Shown: positions 10,093 to 19,794 of the stretch, one piece after another
How positions within the stretch are numbered: position 1 is the first letter of the stretch
Layout: every line of letters begins with the position of its first letter
Source of the DNA: Candidatus Poribacteria bacterium
GTDB lineage: Bacteria; Poribacteria; WGA-4E; PCPOR2b
Assembly (NCBI GenBank): GCA_965215015.1
Contig: OZ244042.1
Coordinates: forward strand, 3,936,001 to 4,000,000
Reading direction: 5' to 3'
DNA length: 64,000 nt
Notes under the pieces: model-generated
Seen by the model: only the letters and a program-made list of their open reading frames with translations
Told to the model about the DNA's origin: nothing
Databases searched by the model: none
Program-made: the position numbers and the translations under genes

Positions 10093-10377
10093 ATGCATAT
10101 TGGAGTTTGTACAATCTGGCTAACAATTCCAGACAGTCATTCGCTCAAACAGAAGCGACAGGTGGTTAAAAGCATCACCGACCGGCTAAAAAATCGATTT
10201 AACATCGCTGTCGCCGAGGTTGATGCGCTTGACGTGCATCAGCAGGTTGTGCTTGGTGTGGTATCTGTTTCAAATGATACAAAGCATCTCAATCGTGTTT
10301 TATCTTATGTTATCAACTTTATTGAAGATTCCCTGTTGGCAGAATTAACGGACTACGAAATTGAAATTCTGTCCTGA
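10093..10377 (+). CDS. DUF503 (YlxP-like) protein
   Basis: SLKQKRQVVKS..RFNIAVAEVD; infB-rbfA position. Confidence 0.9.
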   Translation: MHIGVCTIWLTIPDSHSLKQKRQVVKSITDRLKNRFNIAVAEVDALDVHQQVVLGVVSVSNDTKHLNRVLSYVINFIEDSLLAELTDYEIEILS

Positions 10378-10399
10378 TGAGGTGGACCTGAGAAAAACA

Positions 10400-10789
10400 A
10401 TGCCAGGAAGACGTACAGACCGCGTGAGTGTACTTATACAAAGAGAGTTAAGTGACATCATTCAACGGGATCTCAAAGATCCGCGCGTCAGTTTTTGCAC
10501 CATCTCCCAAGTTGAGGTCTCTACAGATTTGAGGTATGCAGATGTCAAAGTGAGTGTTATTGGTGACAAGAAGCAGAAACGGAATTCCATAACAGGGCTT
10601 AAAAGTGCCGCTGGCTTCTTGCGACGTGAGGTTGTGCAACGAATTGGTTTACGCCACGCCCCCGAACTACGTTTTGAATTAGACGATTCTGTCGATCAAT
10701 TAATGCGAATAGATCGCCTGCTCAAACAAATTCATACCGAAGAAGAGATTTCATCGCCATCCGATGACGAGGCAATGGAGACGAATTAG
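10400..10789 (+). CDS. rbfA: Ribosome-binding factor A
   Basis: LKDPRV, VSTDLRYA, LRHAPELRF..DDS. Confidence 0.97.
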   Translation: MPGRRTDRVSVLIQRELSDIIQRDLKDPRVSFCTISQVEVSTDLRYADVKVSVIGDKKQKRNSITGLKSAAGFLRREVVQRIGLRHAPELRFELDDSVDQLMRIDRLLKQIHTEEEISSPSDDEAMETN

Positions 10790-10799
10790 TTTAGCTGCT

Positions 10800-11774
10800 A
10801 TGAAAGATTATCAAGCAATTTTGCAGGTGTTTGACCAACACCAATCTTTTGCACTCTCGACACACGTCAATCCGGATGGCGATGCACTCGGATCTGAATT
10901 AGCACTCTACTCCTTCCTCAAGGACCTCGGAAAACAGGTCAAAATTTATAACACAGATGCCGCCCCACAGAACTACAAATTTCTGCCTTTTTATGATGCT
11001 ATTTTGCCTGTCAAAGCCCTCCGCGATGACTTTCCCCAGGTCCTGGTTGTTCTGGATGCAGGCGTATTGAAACGCATTGGTGAATACCTGTCTCGCACCC
11101 TAGTTCCGACCAAGGCAATCGTCAATATTGATCACCACACTGCTGCTGAACGCTTTGGAGATTACAACCTCGTCGAAACCGACGCATCATCGACATCGGA
11201 GATAATCTACCGGTTGATTCGACATCACGGAACCCCAATAGGAAAAAAGCGTGCCCTTTGTCTTTACACAGGGATAATGTTCGATACAGGTTGTTTTCGA
11301 TATTCAAATTCAACACCGATGGCTCACCACGTTGCAGCGAATTTGATTCAGGAAGGAATTGCTGTTGACGAAGTATATCGTGCGGTATACGAAACGTTGC
11401 CTATTGGAACCCTTCTTTTACTGAGTGAAGTCTTCCAAACCCTTGGCACGACACCAGATGGCAAAATTGGTTGGTTGTATGCAACACAGGAGATGTTTCA
11501 TAAAACCGGAACAACCCGCGACGATGTGGATGGGTTTATCAATCATATCCGGTCCATTGATACCGTTGAGGTAGCAATCCTCGTGAGCGAGTATAAAAAC
11601 GGTGTATCGAAAGCAAGCCTGCGGAGCAAATCGTCTGTTGATGTTGGCGAGATTGCTTCCCTATTTGGCGGTGGGGGACATCAGCGTGCTGCGGGTTGTG
11701 AGATTGATACTCCCTGTCAAGAGGCAATCGCGCAACTTGTGGCGATGACACAGCAACGAATGAAAGATAGATAA
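10800..11774 (+). CDS. nrnA: DHH/DHHA1 phosphoesterase NrnA
   Basis: HVNPDGDALGS, IDHH, DTGCF, SLRS, GGGGHQRAAG. Confidence 0.93.
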   Translation: MKDYQAILQVFDQHQSFALSTHVNPDGDALGSELALYSFLKDLGKQVKIYNTDAAPQNYKFLPFYDAILPVKALRDDFPQVLVVLDAGVLKRIGEYLSRTLVPTKAIVNIDHHTAAERFGDYNLVETDASSTSEIIYRLIRHHGTPIGKKRALCLYTGIMFDTGCFRYSNSTPMAHHVAANLIQEGIAVDEVYRAVYETLPIGTLLLLSEVFQTLGTTPDGKIGWLYATQEMFHKTGTTRDDVDGFINHIRSIDTVEVAILVSEYKNGVSKASLRSKSSVDVGEIASLFGGGGHQRAAGCEIDTPCQEAIAQLVAMTQQRMKDR

Positions 11775-11900
11775 ATCTGGATTACAACGGGCGTCAATGC
11801 ACGAAAATTTGTTAGGAGATAGGGGGCAGATTTTGCTGTCAGTCGTGAGATTGATTGTCACGTTGGTCGAACTGCTTTGGTAAACCGCGGTGGATAGACA

Positions 11901-12626
11901 ATGGGAATTCACGGTGTTCTCAATCTGAATAAACCCCCAAAGGTTACCTCAAGACAGGCTGTAGATTGCGTGAAACGCCTACTAAATGTAAAAAAGGCAG
12001 GACATGGGGGCACGCTCGATCCGGATGCTACCGGCGTATTACTCATATGTCTCGGTGATGGAACAAAGCTATTTGAAGCGTTACAGGCTGGCACAAAAGA
12101 ATATGAGGCTACGCTTACATTGGGCATCACAACGGATACCCTTGATGCCAATGGACAGATTATCAAAACGACAGATACGAGTCAGATACCCCCCAATCAA
12201 ATTCAATCCGTCTGTCAGCAATTTGTTGGGGAAATCGAGCAAATGCCGCCGATGTTTTCTGCGGTAAAGCATAAAGGGCAACCGCTGTACAAATTGGCAC
12301 GCCGAGGGATTGAAGTCAAACGCCGCTCAAGACAGGTATTCATCGAATCTATTGAATTGCTATCATTTAATATTCCCGAAGTCCGTTTCCGAGTTGTTTG
12401 TTCCAAGGGAACGTATATTCGAGTTCTCGCCGCAGATATTGGAGCGGTATTGGGGTGTGGTGCCCATCTTTCAGAACTGATCCGCACACGCTCTGGCGTA
12501 TTCAGGATCGAGAGAGCACATACATTTGATAGTCTTAAGCGTACTCCCGAATTTGCTTATCAGGCTGTAACCCCAATTGATACTGTTGATAATATGCTGA
12601 ATCAGCAGTTGGCACTGACCCGATGA
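11901..12626 (+). CDS. truB: tRNA pseudouridine(55) synthase TruB (short form)
   Basis: GHGGTLDPDATG, QMPPMFSA, CSKGTYIR. Confidence 0.97.
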   Translation: MGIHGVLNLNKPPKVTSRQAVDCVKRLLNVKKAGHGGTLDPDATGVLLICLGDGTKLFEALQAGTKEYEATLTLGITTDTLDANGQIIKTTDTSQIPPNQIQSVCQQFVGEIEQMPPMFSAVKHKGQPLYKLARRGIEVKRRSRQVFIESIELLSFNIPEVRFRVVCSKGTYIRVLAADIGAVLGCGAHLSELIRTRSGVFRIERAHTFDSLKRTPEFAYQAVTPIDTVDNMLNQQLALTR

Positions 12627-12657
12627 TTTTCAATCGTTGGGTGCTGGAGATTGAATC

Positions 12658-13608
12658 TTGCAGATTTACTACGATCTAGAAACTCCTGCTGAATTTTTTC
12701 AGGAGTCTATTGTCACTGTTGGTGTGTTTGATGGACTACACATTGGGCATCAGGCAGTCATCCACCACGTATTGACGCAATCAAAAAAATTCAGACTAGC
12801 GAGTGTTGTGCTGACTTTCGACCCACCCCCCTTGGCTTTCCTTGTCCCTGAAAAATGCCCTCCAGCCTTGACAACCCTTCCGAAGAAAATTGAGATATTA
12901 GAGCACCTCGGTGTTGATGCTGTTGTCTTTGCGCGCTTTGATGCGTATTTGCAACAAATGTCCCCTGATACCTTTGTCCAGCAAGTTCTATTGCAGCGAT
13001 TGTATGCCAGACAGGTTATTATTGGTTATGATTGGCAGTTCGGCAAAGGGCGATCTGGCAACGCAGAAGCCTTGAAGCAACTTGGGGAGCGGTATCAATT
13101 TGGTGTGACGATTGTTGGCTCCATACAACTTCACGGTGCACCTGTTCATAGTACGCGCATCCGTGAAGCGATCTCAAAAAGTAACCTTGATCTAGTATCT
13201 GAACTGCTAGGGCGTCGATACTCAATCATGGGTGAGATAGTACAAGGTGAGGGGCGTGGGCGGCAGATTGGGTTTCCTACTGCCAACATTGATGCCGGAA
13301 ATCAGATGCTGCCACCGAGTGGGGTTTACGCCAGCCAAGTCAAGTTAGAAGGGTGTATGTTCGACGGTGTAACGAATATGGGGACAAGACCAACGTTTGA
13401 TGGAGAAAAATTCCAGATTGAAACGCATCTATTTGATTTTGAGAAAATAGTATACGGAAAAGAGATAGAAATTTTCTTCATTGAAAAGATTAGGACTGAA
13501 CAGAAATTTCCAAACCCAGAAACGTTAATTGATCAGATTAAGCAGGACATTGTTCAGGCTAAAGCCATTCTGAATCAAATGAAGAGCAGAAATGCCCATT
13601 GCTGCTGA
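12658..13608 (+). CDS. ribF: Riboflavin kinase/FAD synthetase
   Basis: GVFDGLHIGH, STRIR, GFPTAN, GTRPT, ETHL. Confidence 0.97.
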   Translation: MQIYYDLETPAEFFQESIVTVGVFDGLHIGHQAVIHHVLTQSKKFRLASVVLTFDPPPLAFLVPEKCPPALTTLPKKIEILEHLGVDAVVFARFDAYLQQMSPDTFVQQVLLQRLYARQVIIGYDWQFGKGRSGNAEALKQLGERYQFGVTIVGSIQLHGAPVHSTRIREAISKSNLDLVSELLGRRYSIMGEIVQGEGRGRQIGFPTANIDAGNQMLPPSGVYASQVKLEGCMFDGVTNMGTRPTFDGEKFQIETHLFDFEKIVYGKEIEIFFIEKIRTEQKFPNPETLIDQIKQDIVQAKAILNQMKSRNAHCC

Positions 13609-13735
13609 ATCTCACTTCAATAGGAAGAAATTTGATTTACAAAACACTTTGGTTTATGGTATATTAACCTGCATGTATATGTAAAAAAACGCATTGCGCG
13701 CGAAAAGAAAATATGAAAAAGGAGGTGAATTCTGT

Positions 13736-14026
13736 ATGGCACTGGCAGTTGAGAAGAAAAAGGAATTGGTCGAAACGTATAGAACCCATGATAGCGATAC
13801 CGGATCACCAGAAGTTCAGGTGGCAATTATCCAGACTCGCATCCGGGAGTTGACGGAACATTTTCGGGTCCATAGGAAAGATTATCATTCGAGACAGGGC
13901 CTGTTTAGACTCGTGAGTAAACAACGTCGTTTATTGCGTTATCTGCACAGACAAGATGTTCAACGGTATCGTAACCTGATTACTCAACTTGGAATTCGTG
14001 ACACGATTTCAGGCAGGAGAAGCTAG
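13736..14026 (+). CDS. rpsO: 30S ribosomal protein S15
   Basis: [21 protein letters not shown]; RBS AGGAGG. Confidence 0.98.
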   Translation: MALAVEKKKELVETYRTHDSDTGSPEVQVAIIQTRIRELTEHFRVHRKDYHSRQGLFRLVSKQRRLLRYLHRQDVQRYRNLITQLGIRDTISGRRS

Positions 14027-14061
14027 TAAACCACCGTAGAACGTTGTGAGGAGGACAAATA

Positions 14062-16314
14062 TTGAAAGTTGAAATGCAGCTTGGGAGCGAAAAGCTCTCA
14101 ATCGAAACAGGAAAGGTTGCCAAACAAGCAGACGGTGCGGTTTGGGTACAATACGGTGGAACGGTTGTCTTAGTAGCAGTCGTCGCTGATAAGAAAGAAT
14201 CGAATCTAGACTTCTTTCCATTAACCGTAGATTATCGTGAAAAATCTTATGCAGCGGGGCGCATCCCCGGCGTCTATGGTAGACGCGAACCACGCCCAGG
14301 TGGAAGTGAACTCTTGACGGCGCGTTTGATTGACCATTGCATTCGCCCCCTTTTCCCCAAGGATTTCCAAGTCGAAGTGCAAGTCATGTGTACGGTACTG
14401 GCTTCCGATCAGATTCACCCTGCTGATGTGCCAGCTCTCATTGGAACGTCGGCGGCACTCAGTATCTCTGATATCCCGTTTAACGGACCTGTCGGTGCCG
14501 TCACAATTGGAAGGCTAGATGGGGAATTTTGCGTTAATCCGACTTATGAAGAATTAGAACGGTGTGAATTAGAATTTTTCGTCAGTGGAACAACCGATGC
14601 GGTTATGTCTGTCGAAGGTGGGGCACACGAGGTGCCAGAAGATGAGGTGATTGATGCGATTGGCGCAGCTCACGAAGAGATAAAAGGAATCACTAAACTT
14701 CAGGAAGGTTTAATTGCGCTTTGTGGAAAGTCTACCCGCGAGTACAAAATGAAAGAGATTGATGAAGAACTGAGCTCGCGTATCCGAAACCTTGCAACAG
14801 AAAGGATTCGGGAATCCATTGGCATGGACCAAAAACACGACCGCGAAGACTATCTCGAACAGGTACAGGCAGACATTCTGTCAGAAATTCTTGATGATGT
14901 TGAGACAGAAGAAGATGGTCCCGAAGTCACGAAGGATGCTATGTCGATACTAGGCGACATCGAAAAAGAACAGATGCGCCAGTCAATCTTGAACGAAGGA
15001 AAGCGGGTGGATGGACGGGGAGCCACGGATATTCGAGAAATTTCAGGTGAAGTTAGCGTCCTGCCTCGCGTACACGGTTCAGCACTTTTTACCCGCGGAC
15101 AAACCCAAGCCCTTTGTGTGACGACACTCGGTACCAAAGGTGACGAAGATGTGAACCGTTCCCTGACTGGAGAGGTTAGAAAATACTTTTTCCTTCACTA
15201 CAATTTCCCACCATACAGCACCGGCGAAGTCAAGAGAATTATGGGCCCGGGGCGAAGAGAAATCGGCCACGGTGCTCTCGCTGAGAGGGCGATTCAGCCT
15301 GTCATCCCTAGTCGAGAAGAATTCCGATACACAATTCGTGCAGTATCCGAGATTCTTGAATCGAACGCATCTTCCTCCATGGCAAGCGTATGTGGCGTGA
15401 CCCTTTCGCTGTTGGACGCCGGGGTGCCTATCAAAAAGCCGGTGGCAGGAGTGGGTGTTGGATTGATTAAGGAAGGCGATCGCGAGGTCATCTTAACGGA
15501 TATGCTCGGCACCGAAGACTTCCTCGGTGACATGGACTTTAAAATCGCCGGCACTCGCGATGGTATCACTGCTATCCAGATGGACATCAAAATTGATGGT
15601 GTGACGCCGGAGTTGATGCGGCGAGCCATCCATCAAGCGAAAGGCGCGCGTCTGGCTGTTCTGGATAAGATGAGTGAAGTTATTGATAAACCCCGCGATG
15701 AGATTTCTCCGTATGCGCCACGTATCTATGAAATCCACATTTCGCCCTCTAAAATCAAAGACTTGATTGGTCCTCGTGGTAAAACCGTTCAGGCTATTCA
15801 AGAGGAAACCGGTGTAACAATTGACATAGAGGACGATGGGAGGGTCGAGCTTTCATCATTCAATGCTGAAGCTGCTAACAAAGCCGAAGAGATGATTCTC
15901 TCCATTACCGCAATTCCTGAAGTCGGCAAAGAATACGCCGGAAAAGTTACCCGTATAACAGGATTTGGTGCTTTTATTGAGATTATACCCGGCCAGGATG
16001 GATTGCTTCATATCTCTCAAATGGGAGATGGATACGTCCGACAGGTTGAAGATGTGATGAATATCGGTCATGAAGTCGCCGTACGTGTCATTGAGATTGA
16101 TGACCAAGGTCGCGTTGACCTGACGCTTGCGAGTAACCCTGTAACCGCAAATTCCGCTTCATCAGAGCGAGGGGAATCCCGAGATCGGGGGGAGTCGCGC
16201 CCACGGGAGAAGCGTCCAAATAGAGGGCAGCGTGATTCTCGCAACTCTCGTCACAATCGTGGCAACGACTCACGAGACCGGCGACCGCCAAGAATCCCCA
16301 AAGGCAGATTTTAG
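14062..16314 (+). CDS. pnp: Polyribonucleotide nucleotidyltransferase
   Basis: ETGKVAKQADG, HGSALFTRGQTQ, GDMDFK, KH and S1 domains; TTG start with GAGGAGG. Confidence 0.99.
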   Translation: MKVEMQLGSEKLSIETGKVAKQADGAVWVQYGGTVVLVAVVADKKESNLDFFPLTVDYREKSYAAGRIPGVYGRREPRPGGSELLTARLIDHCIRPLFPKDFQVEVQVMCTVLASDQIHPADVPALIGTSAALSISDIPFNGPVGAVTIGRLDGEFCVNPTYEELERCELEFFVSGTTDAVMSVEGGAHEVPEDEVIDAIGAAHEEIKGITKLQEGLIALCGKSTREYKMKEIDEELSSRIRNLATERIRESIGMDQKHDREDYLEQVQADILSEILDDVETEEDGPEVTKDAMSILGDIEKEQMRQSILNEGKRVDGRGATDIREISGEVSVLPRVHGSALFTRGQTQALCVTTLGTKGDEDVNRSLTGEVRKYFFLHYNFPPYSTGEVKRIMGPGRREIGHGALAERAIQPVIPSREEFRYTIRAVSEILESNASSSMASVCGVTLSLLDAGVPIKKPVAGVGVGLIKEGDREVILTDMLGTEDFLGDMDFKIAGTRDGITAIQMDIKIDGVTPELMRRAIHQAKGARLAVLDKMSEVIDKPRDEISPYAPRIYEIHISPSKIKDLIGPRGKTVQAIQEETGVTIDIEDDGRVELSSFNAEAANKAEEMILSITAIPEVGKEYAGKVTRITGFGAFIEIIPGQDGLLHISQMGDGYVRQVEDVMNIGHEVAVRVIEIDDQGRVDLTLASNPVTANSASSERGESRDRGESRPREKRPNRGQRDSRNSRHNRGNDSRDRRPPRIPKGRF

Positions 16315-16325
16315 TATAGTACAAC

Positions 16326-16407
16326 TATTGCGAAGATGCGTTGCATTGGTCGCAATATCATCTATAACGTGAGGCGTGAGAGAGGAATTGGTCTCTCACA
16401 TCTCACG
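16326..16407. repeat. Two hairpins after pnp, one built from CGTGAG-type heptamers
   Basis: TATTGCGA..TCGCAATA; CGTGAGGCGTGAGAGA..TCTCTCACATCTCACG. Confidence 0.5.
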
Positions 16408-16510
16408 AATTACTCATCACGTTTGAAGGGATACGTTGCATTAATCGGCAAGAGCCGCTGGGCGGATTCTCCAATAATTTGTTGTAGAATATTTGCGAGG
16501 GGTGTTTCAC

Positions 16511-16720
16511 ATGCAAGCCAAGTACCCTATTCGGAGAACAAGAAGGATAATTAACAAAGAAAGGGATCTCCTCGACTATAAATGGTTGACCTACCTGCTG
16601 ACATTTATTCTGGTTGTTCTGGTAACCATTTTTGTTCTTGCTGTGACCCGTCGAGAATGGCTGATCCATCAAGCGAAATGGTTCGTTAAATCCGTAAAAC
16701 TGGCATTCGGTTTAGAATAG
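16511..16720 (+). CDS. Small single-pass membrane protein
   Basis: RBS GAGGGG, basic N-terminus, one TM helix. Confidence 0.7.
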   Translation: MQAKYPIRRTRRIINKERDLLDYKWLTYLLTFILVVLVTIFVLAVTRREWLIHQAKWFVKSVKLAFGLE

Positions 16721-16778
16721 TCCACCCCTCCCCTATCCAATCCGCTGGTACATCGAATATTCATTCCAGAGGTTTGAG

Positions 16779-17342
16779 ATGAAACTTCCTTTGCTTTCCT
16801 CATCCACTGTACAATATTTTATGCGATTCGCTGCTACACTATGTGCTGTGCTTTCGCAAGGTGTTTTGGTCCTTGGAGTTGTGGGATGCGGTTATGTGTC
16901 AACCTCAGACTATCTCAGTCATATAAAATCGATTACGATTTCACCGATTGAGATTCAAGATCCAGATTTCACATTTGATACTTCCGGTAATCCACACGAT
17001 GAAGTGATTCGAGAGGCACTCATTAACCGTTTTAACCAGAAATGGCGCGATGGTAACGATGCACACCTCGATGTAATTATTTTGGATTACCATCTCGCAC
17101 CTTATCGTTATGATGCGAATAATCAACCTGAGCAATTTCGCATGAGTTTAGAGATTGAGTATGAGTTTCGAGACCGCGTCCAGAACAAAATCATAGATCG
17201 TAGAGATAGTTACGTCCAAATTCACGATTTCTATGTTGTTTCGGGGCAAGGGGAGCCTCCAGAAACACGCGAAGAGGCACAAAAACGGCTCATTCAAGAA
17301 TTAGTTGATGATTTCTACAGTACACTTGCTGAACAATGGTAG
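16779..17342 (+). CDS. LptE-like lipoprotein
   Basis: Lipobox VVGC-GY, HIKSITI, C-terminal helix ending AEQW; start uncertain. Confidence 0.65.
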   Translation: MKLPLLSSSTVQYFMRFAATLCAVLSQGVLVLGVVGCGYVSTSDYLSHIKSITISPIEIQDPDFTFDTSGNPHDEVIREALINRFNQKWRDGNDAHLDVIILDYHLAPYRYDANNQPEQFRMSLEIEYEFRDRVQNKIIDRRDSYVQIHDFYVVSGQGEPPETREEAQKRLIQELVDDFYSTLAEQW

Positions 17343-17408
17343 GCTCATAGACGCATGTTCCGGCTGCGCCGAGAATGCTCGGAACGGCACTTGTGAGATC
17401 ATAGGGTT

Positions 17409-18497
17409 GTGACTTATCACGTATCGCGTTTCACGTTTGACACTCCACGTTTGCAGATGTCTCACCGCTGGCGGCTGTATCTTTGGATTGTTCATATGTC
17501 TTACATGCTGCTATTTCTTGCGTGTCAGGCTGAACAAGGCAATTACACAGCTGTAAGCCAGAATGGGCAGTATATCTATGGTGTTTGGAAAGCTCGCACC
17601 GCTAAGGCGGCGAAAGGACTATCACGCCAAATCACTCAAGTCCCGATTTCATCGAGGATTCTCGGCGAAGCCGGAACGCGAGCAGAAGCACTGCCTCAGA
17701 TTGATTTGCTCCCCTTAATCACAACTGCGAAACCGATGGACCTATTACCTGCAAATGGAGAGGCGTCTCATTGGGTCAGAGTGGGGAAACCGAGTGCTGA
17801 TATTGGGAAGGATTTGTACAGAAATGTGATCGGTGGAAACCCGGAATTATATCACAACTACGGGTTTATCGAAGGGGCGACCGTCGAATATCAAACGCCT
17901 CGACTTGGATCTCAGCCGCTGATTCTTTTAGAGGTTTTCGACATGGGCACTCCAGAAAATGCTTTCGGCGTCTATAGCCGAAATCGCTATCCACAGGATG
18001 AATTTGAATGGGTCGGCAGCAGAGCAATCGTTTCTGGACGAGGACTTAACTACTGGAAAGGCAAATACTTCATACAAATTGAGGGATACGAATTTGCAAG
18101 TCAGATTAAACAGGGTATGGTTGAACTTGCTAAAGCAACTGCCGAACGCATCGAAGATCCACTGACAACACCACATCTTCTGACCCTCCTTCCTTCAAAA
18201 AACAGGGTGCCTCATAGCGAAAAGTACTTCCCCTCCGGTGTAACTTTGAAGGGAATTCACCGCTTTCTGCCCGAACGTTTACTAGAATTTAATCCAAGCG
18301 TAACAGGGTGCTCTGCTGCATATTTACACAAAAAATCCTCTACTGACTGGATCGATACGATGACGGTATTTGTTTTACGCTACGAAGTTGAGTCAGAGGC
18401 GAAAACTGCTTATGACATCTATCGGAGTCACTTGGAGGCAAGTACAGTTACAGTTGATTCAACCTCAACCGGTGGAATTATCGTTAAAGAACAGTGA
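17409..18497 (+). CDS. DUF6599-like putative lipoprotein
   Basis: LFLAC lipobox, ELYHNYGF, EVFDMGTPENAFGVYS, YWKGKYFIQI; true start probably later. Confidence 0.7.
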   Translation: MTYHVSRFTFDTPRLQMSHRWRLYLWIVHMSYMLLFLACQAEQGNYTAVSQNGQYIYGVWKARTAKAAKGLSRQITQVPISSRILGEAGTRAEALPQIDLLPLITTAKPMDLLPANGEASHWVRVGKPSADIGKDLYRNVIGGNPELYHNYGFIEGATVEYQTPRLGSQPLILLEVFDMGTPENAFGVYSRNRYPQDEFEWVGSRAIVSGRGLNYWKGKYFIQIEGYEFASQIKQGMVELAKATAERIEDPLTTPHLLTLLPSKNRVPHSEKYFPSGVTLKGIHRFLPERLLEFNPSVTGCSAAYLHKKSSTDWIDTMTVFVLRYEVESEAKTAYDIYRSHLEASTVTVDSTSTGGIIVKEQ

Positions 18498-18635
18498 GGA
18501 TGAGTGAGACAGGTGCATAACGACAAGGAGAATGGCGAACTGCCATGTCGCGATTTACACCTAAAAAAAGAAAAGTCCGCTGTCTAAATTAGTAAAATAT
18601 GAACTATATCAATTTAGCGATGGTTTCCTTTAGGG

Positions 18636-18925
18636 TTAAACCCCAAAGGTTTACCTTTGGGGGTAACATACCTGCTTTCGCAGATTTCTAACGGCTAACA
18701 GGCCGTTCCAGCAAGCGAGGCCTTATGAAAACCTACAAGTTCAAAATGTATAGCCCTCACGACAATCGTGAATTGCAGAAAACGGTTGACGACCATGCAG
18801 AGGTGTGGAACCACTTCGTCGCTTTATGCCGTCGGTTAGGTATCACCTAACAGACAGGATAGGCCAATTCTAAGTCTAAAGTAATGAGCAAGAATCCCAA
18901 GCCTTTAGGTTTGGGAGTATGTCAA
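18636..18925 (+). mobile_element. Internally deleted IS200/IS605 (tnpB) element
   Basis: Left hairpin CCCCAAAGGT-TT-ACCTTTGGGG (18641-18662), TnpB stub, right end GAATCCCAAGCCTTTAGGTTTGGGAGTATGTCAA (18892-18925). Confidence 0.8.
18725..18850 (+). pseudogene. tnpB: TnpB N-terminal fragment (41 aa)
   Basis: MKTYKFKMYSPHDNRELQKTVDDHAEVWNHFVALCRRLGIT*, TnpB-like start; RBS GAGG. Confidence 0.75.
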
Positions 18926-19030
18926 TAATCAAGTACTGCCTAACTACCGAGCACGTTGGGCTAATTTGTTAAGGACAAAGAAGTAGTCGCCTTTCATGTT
19001 TTGCACTTTACACCCAAAAGGAGATTTACC

Positions 19031-19786
19031 ATGCGAGGAGATTTTGAAGCCTATTTGAACGACTCGTTTCGCGATGAGAACGGAAAATTGGATTTAGACA
19101 AGCTGTTAGTCCTTGAGGACGAGGCGAACATGGATGTTGCCGTCATCATGCCTAACACCCAACCTGAGCCGAACAATCAGGAGCTTGGTGAGGCGATAAA
19201 GGACAACCCGCGTGCCCTCGGTTGCGCGCTCATCCACCCCACCGAAGCTAATCCTGTCGGACAAGTCCAAAAAGCTGCGACCGAATGGGGTATGAAGGGA
19301 ATCAAGCTGATGCCGGCGGTTCACAAATATAATGTTGATGACGAGATTGTCAAGCCGGTTGTTGAGGCGGCACGAGATAATGGGCTAATCGTTTCGATCC
19401 ATTCGGGTCCCGCAAATTGCCACCCCACACGCATCGCAAGTGTCGCAAGCTGGGTTCCGGAAACCCCTGTCATCATGGATCACATGGGATTTCCCGATGA
19501 CCTTGACGCTGGCATCGAAGCCGCAAAAGCGAACCAAAATATCTCTTTAGGTACAACTATTCTCCGCTTTCATCGTCGTTGGGGCACCGATCCGGACCAA
19601 GTCGTTCCCACCGAAGTGAAGAAAGCGGTTGACGAATTGGGGCCGGAGCAGATTGTATTCGGATCGAATACGCCTGAATATCGCCCAATCCAAGTGATCA
19701 ATGCCCTTCGTCGCCTTGAGTTAGGAGACGACGCTGAAGCCTTGATTTTTGGAGATAATTTGGCTCGGATTTATGGATTGGTCTAA
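19031..19786 (+). CDS. Amidohydrolase_2 family protein, atypical metal site
   Basis: GMKGIKLMP, IHSG, MDHMG, FGSN, GDNLARIY; RBS AGGAG. Confidence 0.85.
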   Translation: MRGDFEAYLNDSFRDENGKLDLDKLLVLEDEANMDVAVIMPNTQPEPNNQELGEAIKDNPRALGCALIHPTEANPVGQVQKAATEWGMKGIKLMPAVHKYNVDDEIVKPVVEAARDNGLIVSIHSGPANCHPTRIASVASWVPETPVIMDHMGFPDDLDAGIEAAKANQNISLGTTILRFHRRWGTDPDQVVPTEVKKAVDELGPEQIVFGSNTPEYRPIQVINALRRLELGDDAEALIFGDNLARIYGLV

Positions 19787-19794
19787 AACAAGAC

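Noticed and set aside
5748-16314. rimP-pnp superoperon as a novelty (no L7Ae gene, short TruB)
   Set aside because: Widely conserved arrangement; both variants are common.
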